From the NCBI GenBank assembly GCA_973895155.1, contig OZ316898.1, positions 2,579,927 through 2,643,926 on the forward strand: a stretch of 64,000 nt of DNA, read 5' to 3'. Numbering within the stretch: the stretch's first letter is position 1; each line of letters opens with the position of its first letter. The notes below the pieces were generated by a model. It was not told the origin of the DNA, did not search any database, and saw only the letters and a list, made by a program, of their open reading frames with translations. Shown piece by piece: positions 35,601-56,915 of the stretch. This stretch comes from Marsupella aquatica (Eukaryota; Plantae; Marchantiophyta). The position numbers and the translations under genes were made by a program.

Positions 35601-36289
35601 TGGGGCATCAATCTATTTTTTTTTATATGTTTACTTTGGGTGCTGTAAGATGCAGTTGAGTAAAGCTGCAATGAACATGTAAATAGTTTGTTATTAAGCT
35701 ATTGGTTTTGCAGAAGGGTTTAGGGCTCAGGTTGGGCTGTGATATTCCTTAGTTTTCAAGAACATGAATTGAGTATTGTGGACGGGTTGTGATCATCCAG
35801 TTTCTCAACCATCGATCTTTTCAAGCTTATTGTGTTGAAAACTTTTCAGTTCACTCTTGGAAGGCCTCGATCTATCAAATAGATTTGGTTTCAATTATTC
35901 ACTTGACTTGAGAGATTCAAGATAGACATCTTCGGAAGAGAAACATAGAGAAATTACAAACATACTGTAACTGATTGCACATAATTAGAAGAAATTCAAA
36001 TGTAGATAAACTTTAACACTTGCACTTGAAGGATCATTTAAAAAAATTCCAGCCTAGGTCATTGAAATCTGCAAGTTCTTGTGGAGAGTTGACGTCTCAA
36101 ACTGAAGCTAATTTCAAACCAAGCTCAACTTTGTTCAGTACATTTGCTGAATCTAAAATCACCAATGCTTTAGAGAGAAATTTGAACAAATGCTAACCGA
36201 GTCAGATTACAAGTTCAAATTCGCTGTTACGGAATTATACCCAAAGCTCTACTTCTGTAACAAGTTTCCTTACCAAAAACAATGAAGAA

Positions 36290-37400
36290 ATTGAACTCCC
36301 CTGTGAGCATTTAGTATATGCAATGACAACAAGTTCAACGATTCCTGGAATAAGAGCATAAGTCTTAAAATATACTAAACCCTCTGGGTAGATTCAACAC
36401 TCCCCTTAAAGAAATATAAATGGACTATATTTGTGTTAGATGTGCTTCATGTCCATTATTTATTGTTCCCACTATGTCCACATCACTGAATGTGGCTCCA
36501 AATATGCCCACAAGAGGATCGAGGCTAGCATAGATGGTCCATAATTGCACTTAATTTTGTATCATATACCAGTGTTACCCCGGAATTGCCTGGTGGCAGC
36601 AAGTCAAAAGAACGCTCAAGATGGTTTCTTGTAGGGAGAGTGTACATCAGGAGAAGCTAATGTTAGCATCTGAAGCTCTAGCGTGGTACTGCAATTTTGG
36701 TTGTTGCGGAATATGTAGTCTATCTTTCCTCCAAGACATTGATTTGCATTTGAACTAACCTACCAACTTACTCAACTGCGCAGGTCACCAAGACAATTCC
36801 TCAATATGCTTCTTACTATCTGAAATGTCTGACCAAATGAGAGAAAGGCCATTTCTCTGGCCAAATTAGTGCAATTCCAATGGCCACCAGCTCAAGGGGC
36901 CAACTTTGCTTGCATTTTGGAGTCATTCACTGTTACAATCAATTGGGCACTTGTGTCCAGACTTGTTACTTTGCCCTGTTGTTTTGCCCATTGCTTGCTC
37001 ATTGTCCTCCTCCCGGGATAATCATTGCGAACAAAATAACTGGATGCAATTCAATGTAAATAAACATGTTTCCCTAACAACTGGGAAATCTTCAGCTAAA
37101 AAAAGTATATATATTTTTGGCCAAAGCCAAGATTCCGTACTTGCCTCTCAATTTCATTTAAGGCACAAATTCCTGAAAATAATCCATTTCCAAATTAAAC
37201 TTTTGATTTATGGTCCAAAGAAATTTCCCAAAATTCTCAAATAGGAGGATTCTACAAGTACTGTTAAATCTAGTGTTTTTCTTCACTCCTGTTCGAAAAC
37301 AGTCCAAACTCAATTTACTTGGTATCTGTAAATTGTTGTCCCTGTTATGTTGTAACAACTTACAGAGTTGTCAAAGAATTGCTTTCTACCTGTGTTGGTG
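36290..37400 (-). mobile_element. Possible decayed copia LTR-retrotransposon fragment
   Basis: On the - strand a PPT-like AAGGGGAG directly precedes TGTTGAA at ~36399, and there is a zinc-knuckle-like remnant (NKSGHK...DC) near 36950. No intact ORF. Confidence 0.3.
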
Positions 37401-38680
37401 TGTCACTAGTTTGATCACAAAACATGTCTATTTCTGCTAAAACTCAAAGCCTAGAATAGGTTAAAAAAAAGTCTGGAGAAGACCTTACAATTATGCCCAC
37501 AAAGTGGCTTATGGCAACTACAATCAAGAGACATCCAAGGAAGCCCATTTGCAAACCCCACTAAGAAGAAGAGAAACTAAGCCACTTGGTCTGGCCTGGC
37601 TTGGACTTGACAGACATGATCCCACCCGCTTGCTTGGCCAACTCAAGATCAGGAGCTAGGGATAACATGTGAAGATAACAGACTGTAGCTTACTTTTGTG
37701 TATGTTTGCATGGGTTGACATATAATTATGCACTTTTTCTTACATCCAGAAATTAAAATAAAGAGAATGAGGTTCTCCTTTGTCTTTGATTTCCTTTTAG
37801 AGACGGGACTGAAAGGCAGTGATGTTAGTGGCTCTAGTGGGCTGTCTGCTGATGGAATTTTGGATGCTCAAAAGGCTGGAGTTTACTCTGCAACAATTGG
37901 AGGCCCAAACTCAACACTATTTGATACAGAATCATGCTGCTTGACAATTTGCAATGCCCATTGGTGGCAATTAGTTGACATTTTGCTGATTCAAGGGTGG
38001 GCTTTGACTGACATAGCTGTCAATTTGTGGAAAGGTAAGGTGGCTATCTGTCCAGATAAATTTTGTTACTACTACTGGTGCAGTCTTGTAGCTAGCTAAT
38101 CTGATTGGTTTCTGAGAGAATAATTAAAAAATTCTGCATAAGAACGCCAGGGTCGTATAAATCCAATTTTGAGACTTATCAGAAAAGATAGGGTTTCAAA
38201 AACCAATTTTAAGAATATGCCAAGAATATTTCAGATTATTATGAGTAAAAAATTCAAACATTTTTCTTCTTCTTAAGTTTCAGGGTCTATGCGGCCTAAG
38301 AACATGGCAGGTAATGTGGGGGTCTCCATACAGTGAGACCCCCAAGTATTTTTTTCAAATAAACTTTTCATGAGGACAAGGCACCATATTTTAAGGAGGT
38401 CCTGCCCCAAGAGATGCACCTCATTAAAAAGGTGCAATAACGAAGCCAACAACAAGGTTAGGCTAAACTTTTGGAAAGTCATTTCAATGTATTCAATGTT
38501 TTGAATCACTTGTGGTGCATTTGGGCCTAGCAATAAGGCCATTTGTTGTAGCCACATGTGGTAACCCAAGGCTGTCTCCTAGTTAGGGTTACAAGCATAA
38601 CTGATCAATTTTAATGGTTCTCTTCAAACAAGGCCTTCCATTTCTGGTGGGATTATTATGTCCACTTACTTTAGGTAATC

Positions 38681-41600
38681 ATGCATACCTTGGCAAATTT
38701 TAGGTCAGAAAATCATTCTACTTCATCCCAGACTAGCAGGAATGTTGTCCAGTGCTCTCCATTGGGCACGATTGGTATAAGAGAAGGTGGCAAAGGCAAA
38801 ACATTGCTACAAAATTACAACACGACACAAGTTCCTCCCCCCACGAGCAAGGTTCAGAGTCCACCCCAAGATATTGGTAATGAGTTTGACACTTCCGATA
38901 GTGATGACTGTGAAAGCATTGGAAGCAATTCACCAGATTTGGAGGATGCCAATGAAACTTTCAAGAGCTTGACGAGTGGTCAGTTTGATAATGTCTGTAC
39001 AAAACCCCAAATCCAGGCTACGATTATGTCCACACAAGAAAGTTCATGCAATAGACATATTGGAACTAAAAATGCCCAAAATTTGACCCCCAGAAAAACC
39101 AAAGGCCAAAGAAATCATGGGCCCAAATCAACTCTTCCCATTTTTAGCAAGAACTCATCAAGCAATGTGATAACACATGAGAAAAACCTTGGTACTTCTA
39201 ATAATACATATGATGTGACGTTGAACAAGCACCTCCAAGTAGGAAAGGTACCAAATGGTTCTCCCAGGCTAACTCAACAGACATTGAAGAAGGCATCAAG
39301 TACAGGCAACACAAACTTCTACTCTTCTAGAAATGCTCTAGGGGACTCTCCAAGTGTGCAAAGCAATAACCAATTCATCGAGAAGCCTGAAGACCACATC
39401 CATTTTGACGAGGGTGATGGAGGTGGGCCCCCTATTACCAACAATAAGTCTTGTACTTCCAAGCATAACAACATATATGCTATGAGTAGCCAATATCAAG
39501 ACAAAGAAGACGAAGAATCTTTTGATGAGGGAGATGGAGGTGGATATAACCCAACCAGCTATGCAACTTCAAGAAAGGGGAGGCTTTGGAGACATGGGAG
39601 ACGATCAAGGGAGAGGAGTGAAGGAAGCAAGAAAGGATCAAGACAGGGAAGTAGAAGTAGTTCAGGGTCAAGATCAGGTAGTCAAGGGAGTACTGGGCAC
39701 TCAAGTAGGGGCCAAAAGAGGCATAGAAGAACAAGAAAAGAGGGAAGTAACCCAAGCAGGAGTCAAAGTAGGAGCCACAATAGTCCAAGCGATAGTGAGT
39801 CTTGGAGGGATGAAGATGGTATATCCCCTTTGATTGGGCATAAACCATACCCTGCAAATTGGAGATGTTTTGGGAGGCGCCCTCCTGCAATGCACGAGTT
39901 TCGACCACTAGGAGAGGTTCGACTTAAGAATGTCCGTCCAGCAGGAAAGCTAGGGTATTTGATACGCAATGCAGATGTACAACGTGGGTGTCAAGGACCA
40001 TATGCAAGTGATGTATGGGACACCTGCTATGGCCTGGCACAGCCTCTCACTTCTCAACTAGCCACTCCTTTACCTTATGGCACACGAGTGATTCGAGCAG
40101 GGGATATTGATCCATACTTTTGCCCATCAAGGTGTCTTCATGCTCTTTGAAGCTATTCTTAGTCTTGTTTTCCATGCTATCGAGTGGGCATTAAAGCTCC
40201 CATGACTTAGTTCTAAGATTGTTCCTTGAGGTGATTTCAGCTTTGCAAGCTTTCAAGCCATTAAAATAGTTCTAAAGTTGTGCCAAATAAATTGTACATG
40301 GCTGTAGTGACGGATATTATAGTTTATCTGCTAACAGTGAACTTGATGATTGTTTAAATGTGGTAGATGTGTGGAGTATGTTTATTATTCTATTCTTACA
40401 TGCCTAGCACTATTTGGACAATAAGATATTATTGTGACCTTTATTATTAACCGTACTTGTTAACTTGAAGGGTTGTAATCCTAACCTGTACCCTAAACTA
40501 GGTTACAAGTTACCAATAGTGCTCACCAGGACCACTCAGCTAAATTTGTGGTAAGGTGGAGACAGTTCAATTATATTTAGGTGTTTAAAGAAGAAGGGAT
40601 CACATGAGTTCATAAGATATTGTTTAAAACTCTTGTCAACAAGTATAACAAATGTCCTTGTTGGGATCTTTGAGGCTACAGGGGAGATCTTATTATCATT
40701 AACCCAGCACAAAATTTCTACCGGGCCATGAAATCGGGGTATGTGATGACCTATCGTGGTCGAGGCTATTCCTTTGGGGTTGGGGATTTGATTGTGCGCT
40801 TGGGGAGGTTCATGCCAAATGGGGAGTACATTCCATATGGGAACCTGGAACTCTACATGCACACACAAACTAGGGATATGAGATTGCTAGGCCGCCAACC
40901 CTTTCTTCTTGTGGACTTCAATTACCACAACCTTGACTACGAGAGTCCAGGTAAGCAAGAGGTTTCATGAATTTGAAAACGAGAAACACCTTCTACTACC
41001 CTCCATAACATTGCTGGCATGTTTGAATGAGGTGATTCAGCTGAATCCTTACTTCCCTAGATGTTTGTTCAAGCATGCTGGCCACCTACTGTACTTACCT
41101 TCCATATGAGATCTTGTATCTCGCCCACCTTAGGAGTCTATGGACTAAGTTGATGAAGTGCAAAAGAGACTCTTGTTGTAGAAATTTAGTTTATACCACT
41201 TTTTAAGATTTCTGTACATGTGTGAGCAAAACCCTACAGGGCTAACTAACTAGGTCAGATAAGCCCCTATGGAGTTCTTGGATTTTAAAGACACATAATT
41301 ATAGAGGAAAATAATTGGTGAATCCAGGACTTTCTAATGGAAGAATGTATTAAAAGACAATTTGCTACAGCCATTGCTACAACCACAAACATAGTGAGAC
41401 CATCTTGAACCAAAAGCAAGCAGTAGGCAAAATGCTATGGGGAACAGAATATGAGGTTTGCATGATGATATTGTAGGAATTGAATGCATATTTCTTTGGG
41501 AGTCAATTTGCTGTCTCACTATGTTTATTACTCACTCAGGGAAATATCTTGACATTGGAACATTCTTGAATGACACATTCTTCCCAAGAAGAGGTGACAT

Positions 41601-42096
41601 TATCATCAGTGGGGGTGCTTGGGCTGAAAATTACCCCAATATCCAACGCAAGCATCATTCCTCAGTGAAATATTGGCGGCCAAGGATGGAGTTCTTGCCA
41701 AATGATATGTTGTTGAGACCATATGTTGATATTGGACACAAACATGATAAAAGTGGTAGGAAATTCTATTGGGGAGCTGCTGAGCTTTACACCTATTCTG
41801 GAAAGGGATTGGCATGGGCATATTGGGGACGAGATGACCACATTTACGACAAGCCATTTCCCCGTGAGCAAGAGCATGGGATCAAGACTGGCCACCACAA
41901 GGACGAGGTTGGCCACTACGGAGATGGGCTTCCACAAAACTATGGTGGTAGATATGATCACGGTCACAGAGCCACTGATGGTTGCCACAATGAACATGAA
42001 CGTTCTGGACACCACAGTCAGCATAGTGCGCATAGTCACCAAGCAAATGATGACTGCCATAGTGAGCATGATTTGTCTCACCATAATCATAGGTGA
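38681..42096 (+). CDS. Unknown protein (>=~758 aa): long disordered N-terminus, S/R/G-rich tract, two tandem copies of an unrecognised ~95-aa domain, His-rich tail
   Basis: Exons 38681-40131, 40682-40950 and 41540-42096 join in phase (2,1) through GT-AG sites. Splicing reconstitutes YFCPSRGDLIII, which matches TFFPRRGDIIIS in exon 3. A strong donor AG|GTGAGT at 42092/42093 suggests a further exon. Confidence 0.72.
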
Positions 42097-43178
42097 GTGT
42101 AGAATATCAGATGATGGACTCTCCTTCAACTCTAAATCAATTAAATTGGTAAATAAAAATCATGGCCGCCTGAGGTCATCACACCATTCATCAATTTAGG
42201 GCAAAAGTAGTCAGAAACTTAAGGGACCCTCATTGCAAATATAAGCTTGAGAGAACCCCCCATTTTGAACTGTACCAAAAGTTTTTGGTCACGGCTTTGT
42301 ATTGTCTTTGTTTTTATAAAGTGAGCTTGAGAGGAATACACTGACCAGGATGCATATACAATTTAGGATGGCTGACAAAGTTCACTGTCCAAATAATCCT
42401 AACTGTCTAGTGTGGTTTAGGCTTGCAGAGGCTTGATTCAAAATGAACAGGTCAGTGTTTATATCAGGGTACTTACAGTATTGTTGAAATATGAACTGGA
42501 AAATTCTCTGTAGCTTTCACTAAAGCTTCCTAAAACTCAATGTGAACTGAAACTCTAATTATTAAATAATTATTTGCTAACCTAGTCCATTTGATTGGTG
42601 TGGTGTCATTGAACATGGGTTTATATTTCTAACAAGAATACTTGCCAGGATCATAAGCTTGGATGAGATCTCCATCCAAACTTTTGAGCTTGGATGAGAT
42701 TCCCCCCATTGAACAAAGAAAAGACAAGAAAACCTCTTTGTATTAAGTCAAGCAGTTTACCTCTAAATCCATGCTTTCCTAAAAACTTATGTTTACATTC
42801 ACATCCAAGCTCACAAATCATATCCCAGGAAAGTGTTTCAGTTGGAGATCCCATCCTAGCTTATAGCTCAACTTTCCATGACCTCCGGGCTCAGGTAAAT
42901 AAGGTAGATATAAAACAAAACAAAATGGTGCTTTGACAATTTTCCCAAACGGACCTAAGGAACACAAATGGACACCAGACAAAACTTTCTGGTACTCAAA
43001 TAGCACTCCTTTGCTAACAAATCTGTACCTCTGGTCAACACTTAGCTGGTCCATCCAGGTTTCAAGGTTCAGGGGCACGGTCCATCCAAGAATTCTTTTA
43101 CCGAAACAAAAACGTATCGTCTTGACCGAGCCCTAGGGTCCACCTGTCCAAGACGCCAAGGAGGCCACACACTACAGT

Positions 43179-43570
43179 AAGCTTGCGACGGCCACTCCCA
43201 TGTTTTGAACAGTCACATAGTATCCAGATGTGTTTGACCGAACGCGGACAACACTTCAGGAACACGCTCTCTTGTCTTCTCTCGAGACTGACTCCTCTCC
43301 TCTTCCCACCATTTCACAAGCTTCAGGCGACCACTTCCGTGTTTCGAACAGTCCTATAGTAGTCCATGTGCGTTTGACCAAATGCGGACAACGCTTTAGG
43401 AGTACGCTCTTTCGTCTCCTCTTCCGTCCAATAGTTTCATAAGCTTTAGGCGGCCACTTATGTGTTTTGATCAGTCATATAGTAGTCCATCTGCGTTTGA
43501 CCGAACGCGGACGATACTTCGGGAACACGCTCTCTCGTCTCGCTCGAGACTGTATATGTGTCCTCTTCCC
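43179..43570 (+). repeat. Three degenerate ~125-140-bp tandem repeats in the NRPB1 upstream region
   Basis: The unit aagctt...ccact...acagtc..atagta.tcca...gtttgacc.aa.gcggac...acgctct starts at 43179, 43318 and 43441. Confidence 0.85.
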
Positions 43571-44211
43571 TCTCTTCTCGTCGTCATTTCTCTCGACCCA
43601 CCCGCCTGAGGGGATCGACCGCCATAGCTCCGCCGAGCTCGTGGGCCGACCAAGAATTCGAGACCTCTCTGTAATTACATGAACGAGAAGCCCGCAACAC
43701 TGTTGCCATAAATTCGTTGAAACCCCGTCCAAAGACTTAAGCGCAAGCAGGAAGCAAAAAAAACAACCATTGGACTCCCTCTGGACTGTCGTGCTGTTGG
43801 CGATTAGGGTGCTTCCGGTTGCGAGGAGGGTCGAGCTTCCAGTCTTCCTCCCTCCTCTGCGCAGTTGATTCGGTTGTAGACCTCGAGTCCCGGGACTTAA
43901 ATCCTACTCTTGTTTGTATCATCGAGGCACAGTCTTTGCAGCTCGAAAAGTACTCAGCAGAGACTAGTAAGTCGGACGGCGGATTTCTGCCGCTCAAGGT
44001 TGGTGGGGGAGATGGTGCGAGATTTGCGGTGAGAAGGAAGTGTTGCGATATCAGGGTTTGATGGACTTCATGAAATGTTTGAGGACTCGGAATTGTTTGA
44101 CATAGGGTTGTCAAGTGTTGTCCCAAGGGGTCTTGACCTCGGGCAACAGAGGAGGAGTAGCCGGGAAGGGAGAATTGAGGCACCAGGTAGCAGCAGGTTT
44201 ATTCGGACGAC

Positions 44212-51997
<7,786 letters not shown>

Positions 51998-52907
51998 CTG
52001 TGTCTTCTTTTTTCCGTTGCGGGCCAAACATAGACCCGGGACTATCCATCGGCTTCATCCTTCTGGCCCGGGACTATCCATCGGCTTCATCCTTCTGGCC
52101 TATCAAAGTCTTGCCTTTGATTTGGCTACTGGCCTTTGTGTAAGAGGTATGGAGGTTCTCAGATGAGGGTGCGGGATTGCATATAAATACGCGAATGGAA
52201 TCAGGAGCAGAGGTCAATTCCAAGCATCCGTTTCAGCTCTCTATAGATGGTTGACTGTAGCACAGACAACAGCTCAAAAAGATCTATCATGCACCGACCT
52301 AATAGCTTTGCCCATCAAGAGGATTGGATATAAATCAGGTGTAAATGTCTCAATTTTTGATGACTGCTGTGGACACAACAACGCCTTAGCACATTGCGAG
52401 AGCAGTAAGAGGAATTCGAGCAAGTTTCCTTTCGATAGTGTTGTTGCCAAAGGTAGAGGGCCCTGAAATTTGGGTTAGAGCCTCGAAGACTATGCCAGAG
52501 TGTGCCTCAATGGCTCATGCTTCGGCATGTAAACAGGAAGGCAAATGTAGACTCCCTGGAAGTCTTGAAGCTGCCAAGTTGGAACCGAATTCTTTCTTCA
52601 AACTGATGTAAAATAAAAAAGTTTTTGTCGGATGCAGGCGCATCTTTGTTCAGCTCTCGAGTGAGAAAATTGTAGGCGTGTGTTACAAAATCTTGTATAA
52701 CCCCGGGGTCGGTTGTCCCAGGGTTTATGGCTCATAACCATGCATAGTAAAGATACAAAAGAGGGGTCTAATCAAGTTGAAAGAGATGACTCACTCTAAT
52801 GGAGTATGATGGGTATGGATGTAAATGTTGAGTCAAAAGAGATGACTGCAGAAAACAAACTAGGATATACTAAATAAAATGTTGAGTGACATGAGATAAT
52901 CTATTCA

Positions 52908-53109
52908 CAGTTTCTCCAATCTTTGTATCTATCCATTTAGCATCCCGTCAAGTTTAGACAATTCATCCATCATCTTGTCAAATGGTGTGATATGGATGAA
53001 TTGTCTAAACTTGACTTCATCCAAACATCTTGTCAAATGGTGTGATATGGATGAATTGTCTAAACTTGACGGGATGCTAAATGGATAGATACAAAGACTG
53101 GAGAAACTG
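52908..53109. repeat. Foldback: 63-bp inverted arms (1 mismatch) enclosing an internal tandem duplication
   Basis: 52908-52970 (cagtttctccaatctttg...aattcatccat) is the reverse complement of 53047-53109. catcttgtcaaatggtgtgatatggatgaattgtctaaacttgac occurs twice. Confidence 0.92.
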
Positions 53110-56100
53110 CGTATAGGTACTCACAAAAATCAAATAAACAGAAGCCAAAATTAAATAATTGATCCCACCACACTATTTACAGTATTTTCAAAACACTAAA
53201 CGCAGTTTCTTATGGTAAGGTGTGAATGTGCCCATCCAAGTGTCCATGTGTCAAGCCAATGGCTGGCTCTGGAGACTTGGATGGACACATGCAACCCACA
53301 CTATAACAAATACAAGTCCAGAATTAAAGATCAAATGTGAATAGTGTTTTAGGATTGCTAGTCCAATGTCAGTGCACGCATGATTGTCTTTGCAGCAATG
53401 CCCAGGGGTCGTTCAGCAATGCCCATGGGTTGTTGCGGTAAGGCAAAGAAGTGCACTTGAGGCAAGAAAATGTTGTCACTTTGGTAGTGTCATCTCTGCA
53501 GTCAGGTTGTGGTCTCAGAAGTGCCTTCATTTTGGTTGGGGTGGTAGTACAAGCTCAGGGGACTCACTCCAAGGGGATTCCCAAATCAAGATTGTGCACT
53601 GTTTTTTGGGTAATAGACTGTACTCTAAGACGTATGAAAAAGAAGTTTTCAAAATCATTTCTCTATCCCTAACTTCCTGAAATATTCTAGGAACATTCCC
53701 ATATTTGGCTTCAAACTAGGATATAGTTACTTTAATTTCAAAACTGTATTAAAACACCCATAATGTCTTTCCACAAACGATTATAATTTTTCCACTCAGC
53801 ACTATAAAACACCCCCTACTTATTAGTGTGATTGACAGGAAGAAAATAAAGAGTACACCTGGGCACTCAAGTAATTGGAATGAAGCAAGCCGAAAGTCCT
53901 AGTACAGTCGACACACCAACTCAAATTGAGTGAAAAACACACCTCCACTGTATTATATATACCTCTTTAATTAAAGTTTAGGTAACTGGTATGATCGATC
54001 TCAACCGACAGACCAAGTATTTAAGTGATATTCCTGTCCTGTGGACATCCACCCCATGTAAACTTCTCCGTTATGTTTATAAAACCGGATTCTTACAGCA
54101 CCAAAGAATTTGCTCGTGTTCAGCAATGGACTTCATTCATTAGCGCCTGTTCACTGGACCCTTTAAAGTGGAGGGCAATAAAGCTTTTTCTTACCGCTTT
54201 TTCTGTTGACGTCTCAGCTGAGAAGTCTTTTAGAAAAGTGGGCGTACCTTGAGGAGAAGTAAGTGAAAAGTCCCCTCTCAGAAGGAGAAGTCCACTAAGT
54301 TGGTCTTGGCAGAGTAAACACTGTTGGTAGTAGTACCTCAATTTTAGGGTGGGAGACAGGATCACTTCACTTTCACTTGTGTTGAGTTGATCTCCTAGCT
54401 TCAGGAGTCAGAGTGAAGCTGAAAGCTGGAAAAACTTAAAACACTTCAGTTGCAAATATCTTTCTCAGCTCTTAGACGAATCATTTCTCTTCCTTGCATG
54501 AACAACAGAATTGTGAATTAAAGTGGAAGTCAGGCAAAGTGATGAATTGGTATGGCCTTACCGCTGAATTGGAACTCTAGGTATTTTGAACAACTAATAT
54601 AACCTCGACCACCCTAGTATTGTATGCAAATGGATGACAAATTTGTGATTCCCTGATCCAACTCATTGATAAATAAAAAACCCAACACCATGAAGGCCCA
54701 CTTAGGGGCCCAAGAATGATAAGCAAGCTAGTGATCAGGATGTCCTCAATAGCCCTATCTGAGCTCGCTTGAATATGAGGACCAGCCCAGCTTGGTCACT
54801 CCATAGGACATGCTTCCCTGCCACACTCATGTAGGTGCTTTAAAGTGGGGTTAACACTTTGTAGGGAACTAAAGTAATTGGATACGAAAGTACACGACAT
54901 GGCTCGCCACTTTTTTGATAATGATAATTTTTTTTCTTCAGAAATTCAACAATTGTCTACTAGAAAAATGACATGTGGGGAGTACTCTAAAAGTGGGGGA
55001 AACACCTTGTAGGGCCATGAACTGTGAAGAGGGGACACCCAAAACTTGATTTTCTTGCTTTAAGGTGTTTCATCCCCAGCTCTCAACAGGAATGATTAAT
55101 AAATTTTTCTCATCAGATTCAAAACTCTACTAAAAAAGCTATTTTACTTTCTTTTGTGGCTTTTCACACCTTTAGTCAGAAAAATGATGCTCCCATGAAC
55201 CACAACGTTGGTCTATGAGAACCCCCAATACATGCACCACATGTCCCAAAATTAGAGTTTACATGTAATAACTTGATATCCATAAATTCAATACTTTTTT
55301 GGCTTCGAGTATGTGCTAATGGAGCAGGTAAGCTACAATTCATCAAAGTGACAGTGAAATTTTGGCCATTTGATTGAGTTATTCATCATGGAATACAAAG
55401 GGGTAATTCTATTAGATTAAATTTTCATTGTGTTAATATGAAATATTAGGGTTTGTGTTTTCTTGTCTAGTTACCTTGCTCGTGAAGAATTTAATATTAT
55501 CTTAAGACTCATAATCATCAATTTATAAGTCCAAAATGTACTCCCATGGACCACCAAAATGTTGTCCAGGAGAGCGCACTCAACATGGAGTCCATCCGGG
55601 CTTTACTTTCACTTTAGTTATCTTAAAGAAAATCATTTTGCTGATTTTTTTTATATACATAGAGATATCAGGAAAGTACCATGTCAGCTAGCTTTTGAGG
55701 TATGGTTAGTCCCTAATCCTATTTGAGGTAAGTTCACTCAACCTGCGGTTAAGGATTAACATACAAATGACAAAATCGCAAGGCGAAAACTTCTTGACCA
55801 AAATGTTTTCAACAACGATTTGACCATTTTCATTGCGTGGCGCTACCAGTGAGCTCGGTTCAACGACATTCTTTGGTGCATCAATTCCATTGTGGTGGGG
55901 TGGGAACTACATTTGCAAGGCTGCAAGCTTGATTGAGTGGTGGTTCTGCAGTGCATCAATATTATGGCGGCCAGGCAGGAACTGCACTTGTGATCGCGGA
56001 TGGTGGGAAGCTTGGCAACTTCATTAGAGGGAGGTGGCAGGGGAGAGGCCAAGAGATTGCAAGACCAAGCTCGAGAGAAGAAGAAACAGGCAGCGGAATG

Positions 56101-56915
56101 CAGGGCGCGGAGTCCACCTGCCTCAGAGGAGCCCTGTGTTTAGACTGAGGGCAGTAGAAAATTACTCTTGTCTGCATAACTTGGCCTAAACTCATCTGCA
56201 AAACCATGATTGAACCAGGTTGTCAGGTGCTGACATGTGTCCAATTTAGCCTAACTTCACTAGCTTTCCAAACTCAAGTTCAATTTACTGATATTAGTTT
56301 TTCACCTAGAGTTTGCGTAAACCATAGTTTAAACTCTAGTTTACTTTCCTGATATCTCTAATACTATTTTGTTTTTTTCATAATAATTGGGGAAGGTTCT
56401 TTGACCTCAGGAACCTTATCCCAGCAACTGGACACGTGATATTTGGATACAACAGTTATTTCATTGTAGAGGTGTGGTAGCAAGAGACCCGCACCCAGTT
56501 CCAGAGTGGCACGCTTTGTGCATGTCAGGATTGAGAGGATTTCAGCCACGTAAATCGAGCCATTGTTGGATCGTTTTGAGCTGACCCAAGTTCGTTTGTC
56601 TCAACCCATAAGATGACAAGGTACTAATTAAACTAATAATCAAAATGCTTTGCACTTTGGAGGTAGAGTAAGGTACTAAGTAGATATCTGCGATAAAAAG
56701 TTGTCCCATCATAGTTCCATCGAAATATCACACCTGCAATTCCATATGATTTGAGATTCAAGCTACCAATTCTCCGCATTATTCCTTGTCCGAGGTACTG
56801 CATCTACTAGCACTAGCATGAGACTTCGTTATTTCTCTGTAAGGATATAGTTTTACTGTTATGTAGACTCTAGTCCACCATTTTCAATGCAAGCAATCGT
56901 CTGTCTGTCATCGCA

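Noticed and set aside
37801-38034. Additional upstream coding exon of the 38681 gene
   Set aside because: It has plausible AG/GT ends, but its phase (1) does not match the acceptor at 38674 (phase 0); at most a 5'UTR exon.
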